DNA of 42,061 nucleotides from Candidatus Thalassarchaeaceae archaeon (GCA_030747675.1 JASLKH010000077.1:1-42061); one strand, 5' to 3'. Shown: positions 1 through 9,581, counted from the first letter of the stretch. The notes: generated by a model from the letters alone, not told the origin. Numbers and translations are program-made.

Positions 1-105
1 TTTTCTTGGGGGACAAAAGAGGAATATCCAAAGATATTCCTAATGAACATCATTGGTGGCACCATAGGTGGGATTCTTCTGATTACAATTCCCTTCATTT
101 GGTGA
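1..105 (+). CDS. 3' end of a probable membrane protein (5'-partial)
   Basis: Frame 1 is open from base 1 to TGA at 103-105 (FSWGTKEEYPKIFLMNIIGGTIGGILLITIPFIW*). It ends in a hydrophobic helix 3 bp before the convergent pit stop, matching the tight convergent packing elsewhere. Confidence 0.5.
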   Translation, partial: FSWGTKEEYPKIFLMNIIGGTIGGILLITIPFIW

Positions 106-108
106 GGC

Positions 109-2202
109 TTAATTGTAAACAAGTGGTAAGAAAGCATTCGCAGCCTTTTCACAAGCGTTGGCTACATCATCTAACCTTTGTAAAACTCGATACATGTGCA
201 TAGCTGCAAGAGGATGGTCATCTCCTTCACTAAACACATGGGTGGCAGCAAGAACTTCATCTTCATCCGCCTTGTGTTCAAGTAAATTGACTTCGCGAAT
301 AAGTTGGCGTAAGGCACCACCTTCCTTCTTTCCGAATCCTGATAGGGCCAAATTTTGTAGCATTTCAACTGTGTCTTCATATTTCGAAACTGTTGAAGAT
401 ACTGTCTCAGCCATTACAAGCAAAAGTTTGCGTGCTTCTTCGTTCTCATACAATGGACGGAAAGATAGTTGCTCGGCAACATTTTGAGCATAATCTGCAA
501 TTCGATCCTGTCGAGTGACCATGTGAAGGAATGTAGTTTTGTTAACAGCTAAGCGTACACCTGTGCCAAGCATATCTCGAATTTCAGCTTTGATTTCATC
601 TGCCACAAGTTCGGCATCTTGAGTGGCTTTTATTGATTCAGTAGCATCATTACCAGATACTGTATCATTGACTGCTTGAAGCATGTGATTTACTGTCTTT
701 TCAACTGCAACTGCATGCTCATGGAATACTTTGAAGACTGACCTAGGTGTTCCAGATGTTGTATCTCCGTCCGGCATTTCAGACACTACAATAGGAACTG
801 TTTCCTTCTCTTTCAACTCTGCTCTAGTCATGACATAAATGACTAATACAACAGATATCACTGATACAATGAGGACGTTAATCGGATTCTGAGCAAATAG
901 GACAAAGAAAACAACTGCCCCTAAGCCCGCCACTGGGAGGCTAGCCACCCATGAAGCCGCACTCTTAGCGAATACACGGAAGTCAACTGCAGATGCTCCA
1001 CCCGCTAGGCCTACACCTACGACGGCACCTACCAATGTATGAGTCGTTGAGATTGGTACTGCGAGGAAGGGCATGGAAAATATGAGAACTGTTGTGGCTG
1101 CTCCGAATTCTGCTGCAAAACCACGAGAAGGAGTGATATGGGTGATTTTCTTACCAATCGTATCCATTACCTTGTAGCCCCATGTCGCAACACCGACTGT
1201 GATTCCTGCACCACCAAGCAGCAAGAGTCCTATGGGGACTTCGGCACTGGCGGCCAAGGTCCCATCTTGGGCGATTTGGTAAATTGCAGCCATCGGTCCG
1301 ATTGCGTTGGCGACATCATTGGCACCGTGAGCGAATGCAACATAGCAAGCGGTGATAATCTGTAACCAAACGAATACGCGCTCAACACCAGCATATCCAT
1401 CTTCTTTGAATTCATAGCGTCTCAATACCAAATACATAGCAATGCTAGCAAAAGCTCCGATTGCCATTGCGACAAGGAAAGAATTCAATGGAATCCAAGC
1501 GCCATCAGACATTGGATTGAAAGTAGTACCTGCATCAGCAGGTAACCAATTTGCTTTGTTGATGACACCTTGGGAATCTAGATTCTTGTAGAAGCCCTTC
1601 AACGCTTTGAACTGTAATGCCAAGCCAAGAACGAAAAATGTAGGAAAAGCAAGTATTGGTGCCACCACCCTAGTACGATCAACTGGATTATCATGTTCCA
1701 TTATCACTTTCTTAATGACCCAAAATGAAAGGAATGCGAGAATACCACCTAGAAGTGGCGAAGCCACCCAAGATAGAACAATCTCAAGCACCTTACCCCA
1801 GTTGACTGCAGATGGTTGGATCCACAATCCCATACCAATGACACCTCCTACGATTGAGTGAGTTGTCGAAACTGGTAAACCCCACTTGGTGGCCACGGTT
1901 AGCCAGATTGCAGCAGCAAGCAATGCGGCCATGAATCCAAACATCAGTTTGTCCGACAACTCCGCAGAGATTTCCTCATCACCAAAATCAAGGACACCTT
2001 TTCGAATCGTATCTGTGACGTGACTACCAAAGAGTACTGCACCAAGAAACTCAAAGACTGCTGCGACAATGATTGCGCGACGAAGAGTGAGAGCACCTGA
2101 ACCAACACTAGTGCCCATTGCATTAGCAACGTCATTCGCGCCAATATTCCATGCCATGTAAGCAGCAATTAGAATCGCAAGGACAACAATCAGTGTAAAC
2201 AT
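109..2202 (-). CDS. pit: PiT-family inorganic phosphate transporter fused to a C-terminal DUF47/PhoU-like domain
   Basis: Both PiT signatures are present (GANDVANAMGT; HGANDVANAIGP), plus PVSTTH and PISTTH and many TM segments. The last ~210 aa are helical with DUF47-type motifs (AELVADEIK, QDRIADYAQN, LEHKADE, LDDVANACEKAA). Confidence 0.93.
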   Translation of the reverse strand: MFTLIVVLAILIAAYMAWNIGANDVANAMGTSVGSGALTLRRAIIVAAVFEFLGAVLFGSHVTDTIRKGVLDFGDEEISAELSDKLMFGFMAALLAAAIWLTVATKWGLPVSTTHSIVGGVIGMGLWIQPSAVNWGKVLEIVLSWVASPLLGGILAFLSFWVIKKVIMEHDNPVDRTRVVAPILAFPTFFVLGLALQFKALKGFYKNLDSQGVINKANWLPADAGTTFNPMSDGAWIPLNSFLVAMAIGAFASIAMYLVLRRYEFKEDGYAGVERVFVWLQIITACYVAFAHGANDVANAIGPMAAIYQIAQDGTLAASAEVPIGLLLLGGAGITVGVATWGYKVMDTIGKKITHITPSRGFAAEFGAATTVLIFSMPFLAVPISTTHTLVGAVVGVGLAGGASAVDFRVFAKSAASWVASLPVAGLGAVVFFVLFAQNPINVLIVSVISVVLVIYVMTRAELKEKETVPIVVSEMPDGDTTSGTPRSVFKVFHEHAVAVEKTVNHMLQAVNDTVSGNDATESIKATQDAELVADEIKAEIRDMLGTGVRLAVNKTTFLHMVTRQDRIADYAQNVAEQLSFRPLYENEEARKLLLVMAETVSSTVSKYEDTVEMLQNLALSGFGKKEGGALRQLIREVNLLEHKADEDEVLAATHVFSEGDDHPLAAMHMYRVLQRLDDVANACEKAANAFLPLVYN

Positions 2203-2244
2203 GCCCTTCTCGCGCCGTTCACAGTATATTACAAGGAACCAATG

Positions 2245-2270
2245 TAATCTATATAGTTATATTTAGATTA
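2245..2270. promoter_or_regulatory. Inverted repeat TAATCTA-N12-TAGATTA overlapping the palindrome CTATATAG; candidate operator or bidirectional promoter
   Basis: TAATCTA 2245-2251 pairs with TAGATTA 2264-2270; CTATATAG lies at 2249-2256. All fall in the 82-bp AT-rich spacer between divergent pit and phoU. Confidence 0.45.
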
Positions 2271-2284
2271 TATCAGCACCACCT

Positions 2285-3331
2285 ATGGTCAAAGGCCCTG
2301 GTGAACTAGATGTCCGGAAATTACAGGTCACAGGGGGAGCCACCTATACACTCAGCCTGCCAAAGGAATGGGTGAAAATTAACGGCCTTGGGGCTAGAGA
2401 TCCTATTCAAGTCGATTGGCGGCCTTCTGGAGCTCTTCGAATTACTGCATTAGAATCAGTTAGAGAAGTTCGGCGAATAGCAATTAGCACAAATCGAATC
2501 CCTGTCGATGCGATTCTAGATCATCTCATGGGAGCATATCTTGCAGGGACCGATCGTATCAATATTCATCACGAAGCAAATGAAGTTAGAGAAATTAAAA
2601 AAATTATTCGGGATTTTCAACGTTTCACACGTGGCTTTGAAGTTGAAGATGAATCTGATTCACAACATACTCTCATCTGTTTATTGAATGCTAGTGAGAT
2701 GCCACTTCGAAGCAGTTTGAACCAAATGTTCCTGCGACTAAATTCAATCGTCCGTGACGTACTAGATGTTCTATGTGGTGGTGACATTCAACTTATTTCT
2801 GACTACGAGGAACGTGAACGTGAAATCGATAGTCAACATTTCCTAATTGAGCGCCAAGCAGGGATTATCCTTGACTCATACAAAGTTGCTGAATCACTAG
2901 GAATGACACGGCGGCAAGCTGTTGAACATGCGAATCTTGCGCGATGTCTTGAAAGAATGGCAGATCATGCATTCCAATTGGCAGATATGGCGACAAAATT
3001 TGGTGGTGTTCTTTCATTTAATTCGGAAAATTTACCACTCAATCAAATTCCGATTTGGCAAGAAGCAATCAGGGGTTTGATGATTAATATGCGAACTAAA
3101 GATGCGAGAGAAATTGAAACTGCCCGAAATGCACTAAAATCTGCCCAATTATCTCTCAAAGGACATGAGGAGGGTCTTTGGTCCGGCAAACGTGAAGCGA
3201 AAAAGGTGCTACTAGAAGACCATATTTCTGAATCCATACGCCGCATGTGTGCATACGCAAGAGACTTTGGAGAGACATTGCTCAACATGATTGCGCACGA
3301 AGAAACAATCACAACTCGAGAACAAGATTAG
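2285..3331 (+). CDS. phoU: Phosphate uptake regulator: N-terminal AbrB/SpoVT-like DNA-binding domain plus PhoU repeats
   Basis: The N-terminus RKLQVTGGATYTLSLPKEWV is typical of archaeal AbrB-PhoU proteins. PhoU motifs EREIDSQHF and ARCLERMADHA follow. It is divergent from pit. Confidence 0.88.
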   Translation: MVKGPGELDVRKLQVTGGATYTLSLPKEWVKINGLGARDPIQVDWRPSGALRITALESVREVRRIAISTNRIPVDAILDHLMGAYLAGTDRINIHHEANEVREIKKIIRDFQRFTRGFEVEDESDSQHTLICLLNASEMPLRSSLNQMFLRLNSIVRDVLDVLCGGDIQLISDYEEREREIDSQHFLIERQAGIILDSYKVAESLGMTRRQAVEHANLARCLERMADHAFQLADMATKFGGVLSFNSENLPLNQIPIWQEAIRGLMINMRTKDAREIETARNALKSAQLSLKGHEEGLWSGKREAKKVLLEDHISESIRRMCAYARDFGETLLNMIAHEETITTREQD

Positions 3332-4947
3332 ATGATTTTCGCCATCAAATCTGGTTGTGTGAGATATATTGTGAGCATGAAGCCTGCAAACATCATCATC
3401 CATGAACCAATTAATTTGATTGTTCCTGTGGCTCGTCGCAAGAAATCAATGGCAACTTGTCGACCTAGTCCTACAATGCCAGTCACTAGAATCATCAATA
3501 CCAGAAGCCCAACCATTAAGGAACCCAACCCGTAGGTCACAGCCCCTGTACCAATTGTTGAAAGATATACTACGAATGGTAAAACGGCGGCTGCTGTGCA
3601 ATCGACAGAAGCTGCAGCGTACCCAATCCCATACAAGTACATATTTCGCCGAGGTGTGAATCTCTCATCTGCTTCAGTAGTGGACCAACGATCTATCCAT
3701 TTCTGAATGAAGCCCATCAAATGTGCTGTCCCACCCATTAGCATGAATGATCCTAAAACAAAGAGTAAGATTGCAATTCCTAGTGCCAAATAATGGACCA
3801 AACCACTACTTGCAAACGCTTTACCCATTGCCATTGCAATCAATCCAATGAATATGAAAAATGTCCACATCCCTAAGCCTGAAAGGGAACCAATTACAAA
3901 TGAATTTGGCATCCTACCGCTTAATTTACCTGATTCAATTAACTCGTCCTCACGTGCACCAAGTGAAAGGTAGTAAGAAATGAAGCCTGGTAACACTGGG
4001 AAAGCACAGGGGGAGAAATAAACTAGAATTGAAAGCATGAGGCCGAGGAAAATAATTCCCATCATGCTAGTATCCTCTTCCGCTAGACCGAATTCCCTCA
4101 ACTCTTCAATTTCATCTTGAGTACCATTGAGAGCAGTTTCTACTGCGGAATCAAATGATTTCCAATTATCCGTCGGCGTACCTGTACTCTCTTTAGCTAC
4201 TATCCAACCCTCGTGGTCGATGACCATTACAACTGGTATTTGCCCAGTACCTTTTGGTGTAAAAAGACGCACTGGGTCTGCACGTTCATCTGTTGTTACA
4301 TTGACAATAGCTGCAGTATCACTACCAAATCCTGTAGGATAGTGTGGAACATGATAAACACCATCACTTTCATTCAGATAAGATATACTCTCATAATACC
4401 AAGCACCGTAAGCGATGATAACTAATTCTCTCCCAGATTCATTGGCCTTTTCGTCCCAATATCCCATTTCATCCTCAAGATGCCCTTGTACATAGTGACA
4501 ACTACCACAATCACGAGCCATCATGTCGAATATGACCACCTTTCCTCGATGCTCACTCAACTGAAACCAACCGGTTTCATTTGTGATATCTGATTCAACA
4601 CCCGTTCGATTCAATGTTTCAAAAACTACATCGGGAACCTGTTCAGGTTCGCCGGCTTCGTTCAGTAGTGCTGTTGAAAAACCGAATACTGAAAGACCAG
4701 CCCAGGCAATAAAAGTGAACATTACGACTGAAATGCAAAAAGCAATCCAAGTTTGTTTTTCAGAGAATACTCCCACATCACAACCAGTACGCTGCTGAAT
4801 GCGATATCGTAGGGAAGGTTTCCATTCTTCGACTACCGGTGCCCCTTCTTTATTCTCAACTATTGTTTCAACTAAATCTGGCTCTCCAGGATCTCCAACT
4901 GCGGTGAACATCCCTTCTTCAACGTCCTCAGAAATTTGGCTCACCAT
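3328..4947 (-). CDS. Thioredoxin-like domain fused to a CcdA/DsbD-beta transmembrane electron transporter
   Basis: N-terminal TM helix; redoxin fold (LSEHRGKVVIFDMMARDCGSC ... PVVMVIDHEGWI); C-terminal multi-TM domain with YFSPCAFPVLPGFISYY and a second Cys in ASVDCT. Confidence 0.8.
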   Translation of the reverse strand: MVSQISEDVEEGMFTAVGDPGEPDLVETIVENKEGAPVVEEWKPSLRYRIQQRTGCDVGVFSEKQTWIAFCISVVMFTFIAWAGLSVFGFSTALLNEAGEPEQVPDVVFETLNRTGVESDITNETGWFQLSEHRGKVVIFDMMARDCGSCHYVQGHLEDEMGYWDEKANESGRELVIIAYGAWYYESISYLNESDGVYHVPHYPTGFGSDTAAIVNVTTDERADPVRLFTPKGTGQIPVVMVIDHEGWIVAKESTGTPTDNWKSFDSAVETALNGTQDEIEELREFGLAEEDTSMMGIIFLGLMLSILVYFSPCAFPVLPGFISYYLSLGAREDELIESGKLSGRMPNSFVIGSLSGLGMWTFFIFIGLIAMAMGKAFASSGLVHYLALGIAILLFVLGSFMLMGGTAHLMGFIQKWIDRWSTTEADERFTPRRNMYLYGIGYAAASVDCTAAAVLPFVVYLSTIGTGAVTYGLGSLMVGLLVLMILVTGIVGLGRQVAIDFLRRATGTIKLIGSWMMMFAGFMLTIYLTQPDLMAKII

Positions 4948-5004
4948 CTATTGGGGGGCAAAGGATACACTTCAACGTCGTGCTGATACACCCAGTGACA
5001 CAAT

Positions 5005-5688
5005 TCATTCATTTTCCAAAATAGAAGAGGTCCCAAAACGAAACATTTCTGGATGAATGAAACCTTCACCCAAAGCAATTCGGACTATGTCGAGATAGCC
5101 TTCGGCTTGACCTGATTCACGAATCCCACCTGAGAGTTTTAGCCCTCGTATCTTTCCACTGTTTTCATGACTCCATTCAGAAATTAATTCTGCAAGAGAT
5201 CGTGCCACTAAAGGCGTACACCCTCCACGCCTACCTGTACATGTTTTGACGAAATCTGCACCGAACTCTATAGCCAACTTTGCCCCCAATTCAATGTAAT
5301 ATAAATCCAATTCTGGTGTTTCTAAAATGACTTTCAATATCTTACCTTCAGAAGCACGCCGTATTTGCGACAAATCAGTAGCAACCTTGTCACGATCACC
5401 TTCCATCAATGCATTGAAATCAATGACAATATCAATTTCATCTGCACCATCTTCAATCGCTTGTTTTACTTCATCAATTCTCTCATACAAGGGGCCATCA
5501 CCATTAGGGAAACCACCAGCAGCACATGCAATGACTCCATCATAGAATTCTTTAGCTATCAATACGTGCTCAGGTAGGACACAAATAGCTGCGAAGTTGT
5601 GCGCATTCGCCTCTTCCAAAAAAGATTCAATGTCACCTTTTGGATCCAACATAGTGTAATCACACAACTCAACCAGACTTCGTGACAC
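5005..5688 (-). CDS. deoC: Deoxyribose-phosphate aldolase
   Basis: Motifs DYTML, GFPNG, GADEIDIV, LKVILET, GADFVKTCTG (Schiff-base Lys), GLKLSGGIR and RFGTSS. Confidence 0.93.
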   Translation of the reverse strand: MSRSLVELCDYTMLDPKGDIESFLEEANAHNFAAICVLPEHVLIAKEFYDGVIACAAGGFPNGDGPLYERIDEVKQAIEDGADEIDIVIDFNALMEGDRDKVATDLSQIRRASEGKILKVILETPELDLYYIELGAKLAIEFGADFVKTCTGRRGGCTPLVARSLAELISEWSHENSGKIRGLKLSGGIRESGQAEGYLDIVRIALGEGFIHPEMFRFGTSSILENE

Positions 5689-5792
5689 AATATCGGTGCA
5701 GCAGCACTGTAAGATAGTCCCTTTGGAAAGATGTTGACAATTTTGTCTGACGTCTTCGAGCCACAGCCATCAAAGACCGACGCGAGTCTCCT

Positions 5793-6887
5793 GTGGGCGT
5801 GAAAGCAGGTCGTGTTCACAATTTCGGGGCTGGCCCTGCTGTGTTACCAATAGAAGTTGTAGAAGAGGTTCAAATGGCTCTCCCAAACCTCATGGATTCA
5901 GGATTTGGATTATGTGAAATTAGTCATCGGAGTGCAATATTTCAGGATGTTGTAGATAGTGCCATGGGCCGTGTTAGAAGAGTACTATCTGTACCTGATG
6001 ATTACACCGTCCTTTTTCTCCAAGGAGGGGCATCACTGCAATTTTACATGACGGCATTGAATATTCTCAGAACCGGTGAAATGGCAGACTACATCATTAC
6101 TGGAGGGTGGTCGAAAAAAGCACTTGCAGAAGCCAACCGTGTCGGCGATGCTCAAGCCTGCTGGGACGGGTCAAATAGTGGATTTAAATCAGTACCAAAT
6201 AAAGGAGAATACGAATTACGTGAACAATCAATTTATCTCCACTATACATCGAATAATACACTCTATGGGACACAATTCCACGAACCTCCCTCATCAGGAG
6301 GGAAACCCCTAATTCTTGATGCAAGTTCAGATATTGCTGGTGTCCCAATCAATGTTTCTTCACATGATATTATCTACGCAGGTGCACAGAAAAACTTGGG
6401 ACCAAGTGGGGTGACCCTGGTTATTCTTTCACCGTGGGCGATGTCTAGAGTGCAAGAGGGCATTCCTACGATGCTAGATTATTCTGTACATGCTTCCAAG
6501 GGATCACTATTCAATACACCAAACACATTTGGCATCTTTGTACTGGATTGTGTATTCAAATGGCTGGAAAAAAATGGTGGCCTAGATGGGGCTATATCCA
6601 GAAATCGTGCTAAATCTAATCTACTTTACAAGGAATTAGATCGATGTCAATTTTGGAAACCACATGCTGACATCGATTCCAGATCCGTGATGAATGTCAC
6701 ATGGAGACTCTCTAATCCAAAACTTGAACCTCTATTTTTGGAAGAAGCAAAAGTTGCAGGGTTGGGTGGACTGAAAGGACACCGTAGTGTTGGTGGAATC
6801 AGGGCAAGTTTGTACAATGGCTGTTCAATGGAAAGTGTACAGATACTCGTCAATTTCATGCAAGATTTCGAATCGCGCTATAATTGA
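5793..6887 (+). CDS. serC: Phosphoserine aminotransferase (bacterial SerC type)
   Basis: Motifs HNFGAGPAVLP, EISHRS, FLQGGASLQF, YAGAQKNLGPSG (PLP Lys), NTPNTF and GHRSVGGIRASLYN. GTG start at 5793 or 5799. Confidence 0.95.
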   Translation: MGVKAGRVHNFGAGPAVLPIEVVEEVQMALPNLMDSGFGLCEISHRSAIFQDVVDSAMGRVRRVLSVPDDYTVLFLQGGASLQFYMTALNILRTGEMADYIITGGWSKKALAEANRVGDAQACWDGSNSGFKSVPNKGEYELREQSIYLHYTSNNTLYGTQFHEPPSSGGKPLILDASSDIAGVPINVSSHDIIYAGAQKNLGPSGVTLVILSPWAMSRVQEGIPTMLDYSVHASKGSLFNTPNTFGIFVLDCVFKWLEKNGGLDGAISRNRAKSNLLYKELDRCQFWKPHADIDSRSVMNVTWRLSNPKLEPLFLEEAKVAGLGGLKGHRSVGGIRASLYNGCSMESVQILVNFMQDFESRYN

Positions 6888-7495
6888 GTGCGAGGGATGA
6901 AAGCAGAAAGACTGTTCGCGAGTTCATGGTGGTCGTCGGTATCGCAATGTTGCAAGGCGCCCGCCATGCTCATGTCAATGCGTTGGAAAATGCCGCAAAT
7001 GAACTAGGGATCAATATACAAATTGTCCAATTAAGAACAAAACTAGACTTTGATTCGAACCAAATAGATGCATTGATGCTACCAGGGGGGGAAAGTACTG
7101 TGATGCGATTAACTGGTAATAATGAGGCAAGTGAACTATTGCCTTCCATGTTTAACTGGTTGCGAGAAGACCCTGTAAGACCTGTACTCGCAACATGCGC
7201 AGGTGCAATTTTATTAGTAGACCCTCAAGATGGAGGTGAGGCCTTAATTGATGCTGAAATTGACCGTAATGCCTACGGTGGGCAAATTGATTCATTTGAA
7301 GCGTCGCTCGATTGTGGATTTCCTGGGATTTTCATTCGTGCACCGCGCTTTGGTGAAGTTCGTGATTCCATTGAATGTACACTCAATGGTGAAGTTGTTG
7401 GAGTTCGTAGGATAAATCGCATCGCCTTGACATTTCATCCTGAATTAAGTGATAACTCAAAATATCATCGGATGCTACTGGAGGCTTGTATATGA
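6884..7495 (+). CDS. pdxT: Pyridoxal 5'-phosphate synthase glutaminase subunit
   Basis: Motifs MLQGA, LPGGEST, ATCAGAILL (Cys nucleophile), RNAYGGQIDSFE, FIRAP and TFHPEL (His/Glu). TTG start overlaps the serC stop; alternative ATG at 6926. Confidence 0.92.
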   Translation: MSARDESRKTVREFMVVVGIAMLQGARHAHVNALENAANELGINIQIVQLRTKLDFDSNQIDALMLPGGESTVMRLTGNNEASELLPSMFNWLREDPVRPVLATCAGAILLVDPQDGGEALIDAEIDRNAYGGQIDSFEASLDCGFPGIFIRAPRFGEVRDSIECTLNGEVVGVRRINRIALTFHPELSDNSKYHRMLLEACI

Positions 7496-8562
7496 TTGAA
7501 TTACCATCTATCGACGAGGCTGAGGGTTGTATTCAATGTCAGATGGGGAGCAAACTGGTTCTGTTTATCACAGGTCACTGTCATTGGATGTGCGATTATT
7601 GTCCATTGTCAGAGAATCGACGTGAAATCGATTTCATGTATGCCAACGAACGACGAGTCGACATAGGTGATTGGGAAGCAGTTCTTGAAGAAGGGCGGGC
7701 AATGAATGCAACGGGGACCGGTATAACAGGAGGAGATCCCATGATGGCTGCTGAACGTAGTATCGAAGCTTGTCATGTTCTCAAAGAAGAGTTTGGGCCA
7801 AGTCATCATATCCACTTGTACACAAGTATCCCTTTCAAACCTGAAGTAGCTCAGCAATTGGCAGATGCTGGTCTAGACGAAATACGCTTTCATCTCTTAA
7901 ATTTAGAATATGGACGATATGTGCAAACTATGCAAGCCTGCCGTGATGCAGGATTATTTGTAGGGATTGAAATTCCATGTGAGCCTGACCATGCAGAAAG
8001 GTTACATGAATTAATTGAGGAAATGCGAGGAGGACCTGCATTGTTCATGAACCTAAATGAATTGGAGATTACTGTAGGTAATTTTGAGAATATGGAAATT
8101 CGGGGATTCAATCTTTCAAGCGAGATTACCGCAGGAGCAGAAGGGTCTTCGGAACTTGCCAAAGAATTGCATTCTAAGATAACTCCAGAGCATGGCTTTA
8201 TGATCAAATATTGCACTGCATCGTACAAAGACTCTGGTCAATTACGTAGAAGATTTCTACGCAGAGGGGAACATACAATTTCTCCACATGAACAACTTAC
8301 TGAAGATGGTACAATCATATTTGGTAGTATCTGGTGTGAGCCAGAAGATTCAGATAATTGGATTGCGGAAATACAAGAACAAACGGCAATTCCAAAGCAA
8401 TTCTTGTTCTACGATGCTTCAACAAATCGCTTGGAAATACCACTCCTATTGGCTGAAGAAATTGCCGGATTTATTGAAGCACCTGTTGCAATGGTAGAGA
8501 TACACCCCACTCATGAACGCTTGGAAGTAGGCTTAGTGTGGTTGAATGATATTCGACCATGA
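7492..8562 (+). CDS. Archaeal radical SAM protein (COG2108-like)
   Basis: GCIQCQMGSKLVLFITGHCHWMCDYCP carries CxxxCxxC; also YANER, ITGGDP, HLYTS, GLDEIRFH and NLNELE. ATG 7492 overlaps the pdxT TGA and has GGAGG upstream. Confidence 0.85.
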   Translation: MIELPSIDEAEGCIQCQMGSKLVLFITGHCHWMCDYCPLSENRREIDFMYANERRVDIGDWEAVLEEGRAMNATGTGITGGDPMMAAERSIEACHVLKEEFGPSHHIHLYTSIPFKPEVAQQLADAGLDEIRFHLLNLEYGRYVQTMQACRDAGLFVGIEIPCEPDHAERLHELIEEMRGGPALFMNLNELEITVGNFENMEIRGFNLSSEITAGAEGSSELAKELHSKITPEHGFMIKYCTASYKDSGQLRRRFLRRGEHTISPHEQLTEDGTIIFGSIWCEPEDSDNWIAEIQEQTAIPKQFLFYDASTNRLEIPLLLAEEIAGFIEAPVAMVEIHPTHERLEVGLVWLNDIRP

Positions 8563-8608
8563 TAGATATTCGTCGGATTCAAGAACGGTAGCCCCCCCGC
8601 ATGGACCA

Positions 8609-9124
8609 ATGTCCAAGGAGGATGGCCCTGAAGAGGTCGCTGAAGAAATACCCACTGAGGATGAAGTGGTTGAACCTACAATTGAGGAAAAACTTGCTGA
8701 AGCGATAGAAAGGGCGGAAAAGGCGGAAGCAGAAATTGGATACAGGGACGCCGATTTGATTAATCTTCGAAAACGTCACTCCATGGAGCGAAGTGAGGCA
8801 ATGAAATTCGCAGGCTTTAACTTATCATCACGTATTCTTCCAGTTTTGGATGGTCTAGACCGTGCACTTTTGGGAGCTGAAGATGGAGCATTCAAAGAGG
8901 GAATTCAGATGATTAGAGAGAATATGGTCGAGGCCCTTTCTGCTGAAGGAATTTCTTGCATTGAAGTAGAAGGTCTTTTTGACCCGAAAATTATGGAAGC
9001 AATCACAACAATGCCCGCTTCAGAAAATCATCCTGAAGGGACTGTAATTGACATTCTTGAAACCGGTTGGATGTACAAAGATCGTGTCCTTAGGCCTGCT
9101 CGAGTTGTAGTTGCCAAGGAGTGA
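8609..9124 (+). CDS. grpE: Nucleotide exchange factor GrpE
   Basis: Acidic N-terminus, ADLINLRKR, ILPVLDGLDRAL, FDPKIMEAI and GWMYKDRVLRPARVVVAK. Start chosen at MSKEDG (ORF is open from 8546). Confidence 0.93.
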   Translation: MSKEDGPEEVAEEIPTEDEVVEPTIEEKLAEAIERAEKAEAEIGYRDADLINLRKRHSMERSEAMKFAGFNLSSRILPVLDGLDRALLGAEDGAFKEGIQMIRENMVEALSAEGISCIEVEGLFDPKIMEAITTMPASENHPEGTVIDILETGWMYKDRVLRPARVVVAKE

Positions 9125-9581
9125 TTTTTTGCGAAGAGAATATTTTCTCATACCTGTCGCTATATGGCTAGTATCAATATTTCTAATACAGATTCTGGGG
9201 GCTATTTATGCACCAGATTCATCTGTAATTCCTGATGAATGCCCCAAAAATTCGGGTAATTGCGAGCGAGAATTATTATTTTACAGTGGGTCTCCGGAAT
9301 CGGTTCACTCAGCAGCATTGGAATGGGTAGATGCACAAACGATGGCAAGTATAATTGATTCAAATAATACAGAATCACACACCGTTTTCAGAACAAGTTG
9401 GCTAATGTTTCCAGATGATTTCTACCTTACGTCTAAATGCACACAAAGTGGGACTTCATTACAAATTCATTCAGAATCTAGGCTGGGTCTATCTGATCTT
9501 GGAGTAAATAGCAATCGAATTGATGAATTAGTAGAATATCTAGATAATATCGAATTTGAACCACACATCTGCTCTAGTTAA
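9111..9581 (+). CDS. DUF1499-family protein
   Basis: N-terminal hydrophobic segment, CPKNSGNC, FRTSWLMFPDD, and C-terminal IHSESRLGLSDLGVNSNRI (the family's SRxGxSDxGVN motif). Alternative TTG start at 9129. Confidence 0.8.
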   Translation: MPRSDFLRREYFLIPVAIWLVSIFLIQILGAIYAPDSSVIPDECPKNSGNCERELLFYSGSPESVHSAALEWVDAQTMASIIDSNNTESHTVFRTSWLMFPDDFYLTSKCTQSGTSLQIHSESRLGLSDLGVNSNRIDELVEYLDNIEFEPHICSS

